Source: Adineta vaga (lineage: Eukaryota; Animalia; Rotifera). Taken from it: 64,000 nt of DNA. A program made the translations under genes and the position numbers. Shown in pieces: positions 62,664 to 64,000 of the stretch; the stretch's first letter is position 1; every line of letters starts with the position of its first letter. The stretch is taken from positions 868,001-932,000 of the forward strand of contig CP075497.1 of the NCBI GenBank assembly GCA_021613535.1. Reading direction: 5' to 3'. Under the pieces are notes generated by a model. The model was not told the origin of the DNA, did not search any database, and was given only the letters and a program-made list of their open reading frames with translations.

Positions 62664-63249
62664 AGACGTTTGCATAAGGCTCTCCCTACAGTCGAGGGAA
62701 TTTCAATCAATTGTGTCCTTCGCTTATTTTTCATTGTTCAACTCATCAGAAACAAAAAAATTTTGAACAAAAGATATGTACGTAATAAACTTATTCTTAA
62801 TTAGATTTATTGTAGAAGACATTAAAATGCACGAAAATAGAAAGGTTTTATTCAACTTATTTTATCCACAGAAACAAAAATCACTAGTCAAAGTAACTTC
62901 TTTTTTTTCTTTCATAAACTCTTTAAACTATGTGATTTACGTCAAAGAGAAAAAAACATTTTTCTTAACATCAAAATGTTTCTCTAAAGAAAAAATAATA
63001 GTTTTTATAGAATATTTATTGCATCTAGATTTTATTTAATATTCGATTCAATAATCATCTGCAAATATTTGTTTTCGCTGATATTGGTCAATTTAATCAT
63101 TCAATAGTTGTCAATTTCAAATGATAGCAGCCGATGAAAGATCAATTAATATCCAAGAGTATTTAAATGCTAGACATCAACAAATGAATGATAAATCTGT
63201 GAAGAGTCTCGTCGGACGTATTATAATTAAATAAAGATGAAAAGTATTA

Positions 63250-63660
63250 TCTGATCATGAAGATTATGTATCAGCATGTAATAGTTTAGGCAATGTGTTC
63301 TATGGCAAACGACAATTGAATGAAGAGTTGGAGATATTTGATTTAATTTATGAAGATCAGAATGTGGTAGAATTTAGTGAAATATTGTTAACAAAATATT
63401 AGAATAATTTACTTGTGACTTGTCTTTTGAAAAATTTGGGTGATCACATACTTAATCATTCCTATTGGCTATGCAACATGTTTGATGATGCATTAAGTTA
63501 TCAATTCAAAGCATTAAATAAACAACAAAGAATTTCATATGGAGAACAATCGCAAACTTTTTTATCGTTAGAAAATACCGGCAGTCTTTATTACAATCTA
63601 CAAAAATGACAAGAAGCTATAGATTATTTCGAAGAAGTGAAGACTATCTTAATATTAAAT
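63250..63660 (+). pseudogene. degenerate TPR-repeat protein remnant
   Basis: ACNSLGNVFY..., FDDALSYQFKAL and ENTGSLYYNLQK*QEAIDYF; stops and frameshifts. Confidence 0.5.
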
Positions 63661-64000
63661 ATTCAAATCAATAAGAACTACATTGAAGAGATAGACAATC
63701 TCATAACTGTTGCGAAACGAAAAGAAAGCACAGGATCTGATGTGAACACAAATTGTTGTCAATCAAATGAAAAGAGAAAATATCACAATATACAATAATA
63801 TGTTAAACGTTGGAAATGTTTCAAAGACAGAGTCTTTAATTGCCCTTAACTGATTGCACATCTATTATATTTTGCATTGGCAGATATAGTGTTAGCTGCT
63901 TTACTTGTGTTTCATTTTCCAAGAAGTACATTGATTTCATCGAATTCTTTCTTCAAAGAGACACCTTCTATGTCGCAATAGCGACCATATAGTTTTTCTG

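Overview
AT-rich eukaryotic DNA with ~50-bp GT-AG introns. The gene content (LDLa/EGF-GPCRs, ART-TPR, TM-pentapeptide proteins, FG-GAP fusion, F-box/LRR, intron-containing GH78) strongly suggests a bdelloid rotifer accessory region (inferred, not database-confirmed). It holds about 9 apparently intact genes, several pseudogenes (including a Rab8/10-like gene missed by the ORF track) and many DNA-transposon remnants (hAT, pogo/Tigger, piggyBac, Helitron, MULE, P-like). The dominant unexplained structure is a family of at least 24 short (40-120 bp) inverted hairpins, about one every 2.5 kb: (ATC)TTGAGGGTGTGGGTG-[~15-35 bp spacer]-CACCCACACCCTCAA(GAT). Their arms are bdelloid-type telomeric hexamers (TGTGGG/TGAGGG) in head-to-head orientation. 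They show no obvious target-site duplication, separate nearly every gene from its neighbour, and sit exactly at truncation or fusion breakpoints. In one case two copies sharing the same spacer (38/39 bp identical) bracket a 4.7-kb two-gene cargo inserted into a GPCR gene, with hybrid attL/attR-like ends. This is a candidate telomere-repeat-based gene-cassette shuffling or break-repair system.
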